Assembly: GCF_037042905.1 (NCBI RefSeq)
Contig: NC_087245.1
Span: forward strand, 34,288,001 to 34,352,000
DNA: 64,000 nt
From: Lytechinus pictus
Lineage: Eukaryota
Direction: 5' to 3'
The first letter of the stretch is position 1. Every line of letters begins with the position of its first letter. The position numbers and the translations under genes were made by a program. Positions 61,234 to 64,000 of this stretch are shown one piece after another. The notes beneath the pieces were generated by a model, which saw nothing but the letters and a program-made list of their open reading frames with translations, made no database searches and was not told where the DNA came from.

Positions 61234-64000
61234 CTAGGGAGCACCCTTCCCTTCCTCCAAAAGGCAAAGTTTTGAAATTGGACGCCGGAAATATTTTGAA
61301 CCTATCCTAACCTCGACCTGCCTTACCCTACCTTGCTTGTCTGGATAAGTGGCCACAATTTTTCCCAAAGGCCACTGCCCACGAGGTGCATTGTCGTCCG
61401 CCACCAAGACGAGGTCGTCTTGTTCGAAGTTTCTTTTTTCCCTGGTCCATTTCTGTCTCGGTTGAAGGAGTGGAAGATATTCCTTAACCCATCGCTTCCA
61501 AAACTGATCCGCGATGAATTGGACATGGCGCCATCTCCTTCTGCCATAGCTTTCATCCTTTGTGAAGATGCCGGGGGGCAAGGATGGATTATTCCTCAAC
61601 AACAGGAGATGGTTTGGGGTCAAAGGCTCCTCATCCTTTGGATCCATGCTCAATGGGGTGAGTGGGCGTGCGTTCAGGATAGCCTCTACTTCCGTCATCA
61701 GCGTAACTAATGCCTCATCCGACATAACTTGTTGATGAAGTAGGCCTCCTAGTATTTTGCGCACTGAGCGTATTACACGTTCCCACACTCCTCCCATATG
61801 GCTGGCTAGAGGAGGATTGAAGCGCCACTCAATGCCCTTTTGGGTTAAGAAATTCCCAACCTTAGAGTCATTGAGTGCAGCCAGGCTTTCCTTCAATTCT
61901 TTATGTCCGCCCTTAAAGTTTGTTCCATTGTCGCTGAATACCTGATCCGGTTTTCCTCTGCGATTGATGAATCTTCTCAGGGCGCAAATGAAGGAATCTG
62001 TGTCAAGAGAACAGGCAATCTCTATGTGAACGATTCTTGACGCAAGACAAGTGAATAGACATGCATATCTCTTCACCTCACTGCGTCCCCTCTTAACCAT
62101 GAAAGGCCCAAAGAAGTCCACCCCTGTAGAGGTGAACGGTGGTTTATCTGGTGTCACTCTCTCAGCTGGAAGATCTGCCATGAACTGTTCACCTCGACGG
62201 GAACTTCTCTTTCTGCACTTCATACACCTTTGAAGTACCTTGCGAACAGTGGCTCCTCCTCTGACTATCCAGAACCTTTCTCTTATGGCTGATAAGGTTA
62301 TGACCGCTCCTGAGTGCCCAGCCTCTTCATGATAGTGTTGGATAATCAAGTCAGTCACATGATTATCTCTTGGGAGTATAGCAGGGTGTTTTGCATCTTC
62401 TGCAAGAGTAGATCTTGAAAGTCTACCACCAACTCTCAGTACTCCACCAGTGATGATGGGATTCAGTTTGTCCAGACGACCTGAGGCCTTTTGCCGCCTT
62501 GTTGGTTCCCCTGATCCAGTCATCACTTCTGAAGGAAATGATCTCCGCTGAACTTGTTTAGTAATTTCAAGTTCTGCCTCTTTCAATTCCTCTGCAGTGA
62601 GTCCTCGAGGTAGCCTTGCTGCTGCATCTCGATTTCTCAAGAACATCTTATACCGAAGTATCAAAGCGAAGGCTCTTTTGAGTCTATTCCAGGATGAATA
62701 CCTGGTCAACAGTTCTTGCACACTGTCATTTGTTACGACAGTGTTCACATGAACTCTGTCTTTCTTTACTTCCAGGTCATCCTTCTTCAGTTCTCCCAAG
62801 ATGGCTGGAGAAGATGGCCAGTTTTCTTCCTCTTGTTTGAGGAAGTCGGGTCCTGAGAGCCATCTTGGATTCGTGATAAGATCTTGAGCCTTTAAACCTC
62901 GCGATCCATCATCAGCTGGATTGAGTTTAGTGTTCACATGTCGCCACTGGCTCAGTTCTGTTACCTCACGAATCTTAGCAACTCTATTTGCTACAAAGGT
63001 ATGGAACCTTCGGCTCTCATTTTTGATGTACATGAGAACAGAAGTTGAATCTGTCCAGTACGTTTTGGTAGCAATCGGTAACCTTAATTCCTCTTGAATC
63101 ATGTGATTCATGTCAACAGCTAGTACAGCTGCTGCCAATTCAAGCCTTGGTATTGAGGTGACCTTCAAGGGACTGAGTCTAGACTTACCACAAACAAATG
63201 AGCAATGTATGCGACCAGCAGAATCCACTAAGCGTAGGTAAGCCACTGCTGCATACCCAAGCTCTGATGCATCGCAGAAATAGTGGAGCTGGTAAAGTAC
63301 TTGATCTTCAAGTACTTCTGGTTTGAGACATCTTGGTATCTTGATCTCTGTCAGTCTGGGAAGATCATCAAGCCATTCTTGCCAGGTCTGGAGATCCTTT
63401 TCATCCACTGGTTCATCCCATGCTAGACCTTTCTGGCAGATTCCTTGCAGAAGAACCTTGGCTACCAAGATGAAAGGTGCTAGGAACCCAAGGGGGTCGT
63501 ATAAAGAGCTTACCTTAGACAGTATCCCTCGCCTGGTTGCAGGTCTGTCCTTCAGACTCACCTTAAAGCCGAACTTGTCGGAATCGACATCCCACAACAC
63601 TCCTAGCGTTCTCTCGATTGGGAGAGTATCCAGATCCATATCAATTACAGATGGAGCCTTTTCTGTTTCAGGTATTGAGTTAAGCACTTCTCTACTATTA
63701 CTTACCCATTTTGTTAAGCGGAATCCTCCTTTCTGCAGAAGACCTCTCAGTTGCTGGACTAGCCTCACCCCATCTTTGTCAGAGGGCACTGATTTGAGGC
63801 AGTCATCAACATAGAAGTTGTCCAGCACTGTGTTGACGACGTCTTCCTCATATTCATGTCGGTTATCTTCTGCAGTTCTTCTTAGAGCAAATCCTGCGCA
63901 GCTTGGTGATGACGTTGCACCAAAAAGATGCACCTTCATTCGATACTCTACCGGTTCTGTGGCCAGGTTACCATTTTCCCACCATAGGAAGCGGAGAGCA
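61234..64000 (-). CDS. BEL/Pao pol polyprotein, 5'-partial (RT, RNase H, integrase, C-terminal domain)
   Basis: Frame stays open to the window end (ALRFLWW...EYRM). Motifs FGATSSP, NFYVDD, FCDAS, IPRLEL, WTDS, NPADDGSRG, H..H..C..C, GVDFFGP, SDNGTNF, GGVWER. Stop TAG at 61234-61236. Confidence 0.95.
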   Translation of the reverse strand, partial: ALRFLWWENGNLATEPVEYRMKVHLFGATSSPSCAGFALRRTAEDNRHEYEEDVVNTVLDNFYVDDCLKSVPSDKDGVRLVQQLRGLLQKGGFRLTKWVSNSREVLNSIPETEKAPSVIDMDLDTLPIERTLGVLWDVDSDKFGFKVSLKDRPATRRGILSKVSSLYDPLGFLAPFILVAKVLLQGICQKGLAWDEPVDEKDLQTWQEWLDDLPRLTEIKIPRCLKPEVLEDQVLYQLHYFCDASELGYAAVAYLRLVDSAGRIHCSFVCGKSRLSPLKVTSIPRLELAAAVLAVDMNHMIQEELRLPIATKTYWTDSTSVLMYIKNESRRFHTFVANRVAKIREVTELSQWRHVNTKLNPADDGSRGLKAQDLITNPRWLSGPDFLKQEEENWPSSPAILGELKKDDLEVKKDRVHVNTVVTNDSVQELLTRYSSWNRLKRAFALILRYKMFLRNRDAAARLPRGLTAEELKEAELEITKQVQRRSFPSEVMTGSGEPTRRQKASGRLDKLNPIITGGVLRVGGRLSRSTLAEDAKHPAILPRDNHVTDLIIQHYHEEAGHSGAVITLSAIRERFWIVRGGATVRKVLQRCMKCRKRSSRRGEQFMADLPAERVTPDKPPFTSTGVDFFGPFMVKRGRSEVKRYACLFTCLASRIVHIEIACSLDTDSFICALRRFINRRGKPDQVFSDNGTNFKGGHKELKESLAALNDSKVGNFLTQKGIEWRFNPPLASHMGGVWERVIRSVRKILGGLLHQQVMSDEALVTLMTEVEAILNARPLTPLSMDPKDEEPLTPNHLLLLRNNPSLPPGIFTKDESYGRRRWRHVQFIADQFWKRWVKEYLPLLQPRQKWTREKRNFEQDDLVLVADDNAPRGQWPLGKIVATYPDKQGRVRQVEVRIGSKYFRRPISKLCLLEEGKGAP

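Larger units (their letters stand above)
58270..64000 (-). mobile_element. BEL/Pao LTR retrotransposon, 3' part (5' part beyond the window)
   Basis: pol ORF in RT-RNaseH-integrase order with BEL motifs, followed by a PPT-like tract and an LTR starting TGTT. Confidence 0.9.

Overview
Eukaryotic, AT-rich, repeat-dense genomic DNA, most likely from a sea urchin (inferred from the protein and the repeat families). The window holds most of a minus-strand GATA4/5/6-class gene (echinoid gatae). Five GT-AG coding exons (39660-40812, 3882-3947, 2928-3073, 2319-2447, 598-807) splice in frame to 568 codons with two C4 GATA fingers; the last exon(s) lie beyond position 1. The ORF track misses the 66-nt exon and the N-finger exon. 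Intron 1 is ~35.7 kb and contains an intact APE+RT CR1/L2-group LINE (4378-7488, antisense), SINEs and many MITEs. Upstream are a CCAAT/GATA-rich promoter-like region, more MITEs, long microsatellites and the 3' part of a BEL/Pao LTR retrotransposon with an open pol, whose LTR carries a nested MITE. The most interesting signal is translational: an out-of-frame uORF overlaps the first AUG, then ~600 nt contain no AUG in any frame up to the conserved 'MYQS' Met. This suggests regulated long/short isoforms, the long form alone carrying a perfect PDSM and a GATA1/2/3-like motif. Several dense GATA-site clusters, one carried by a transposon, suggest autoregulation. I see no evidence for a wholly novel multi-gene system. 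All motif counts are by hand.
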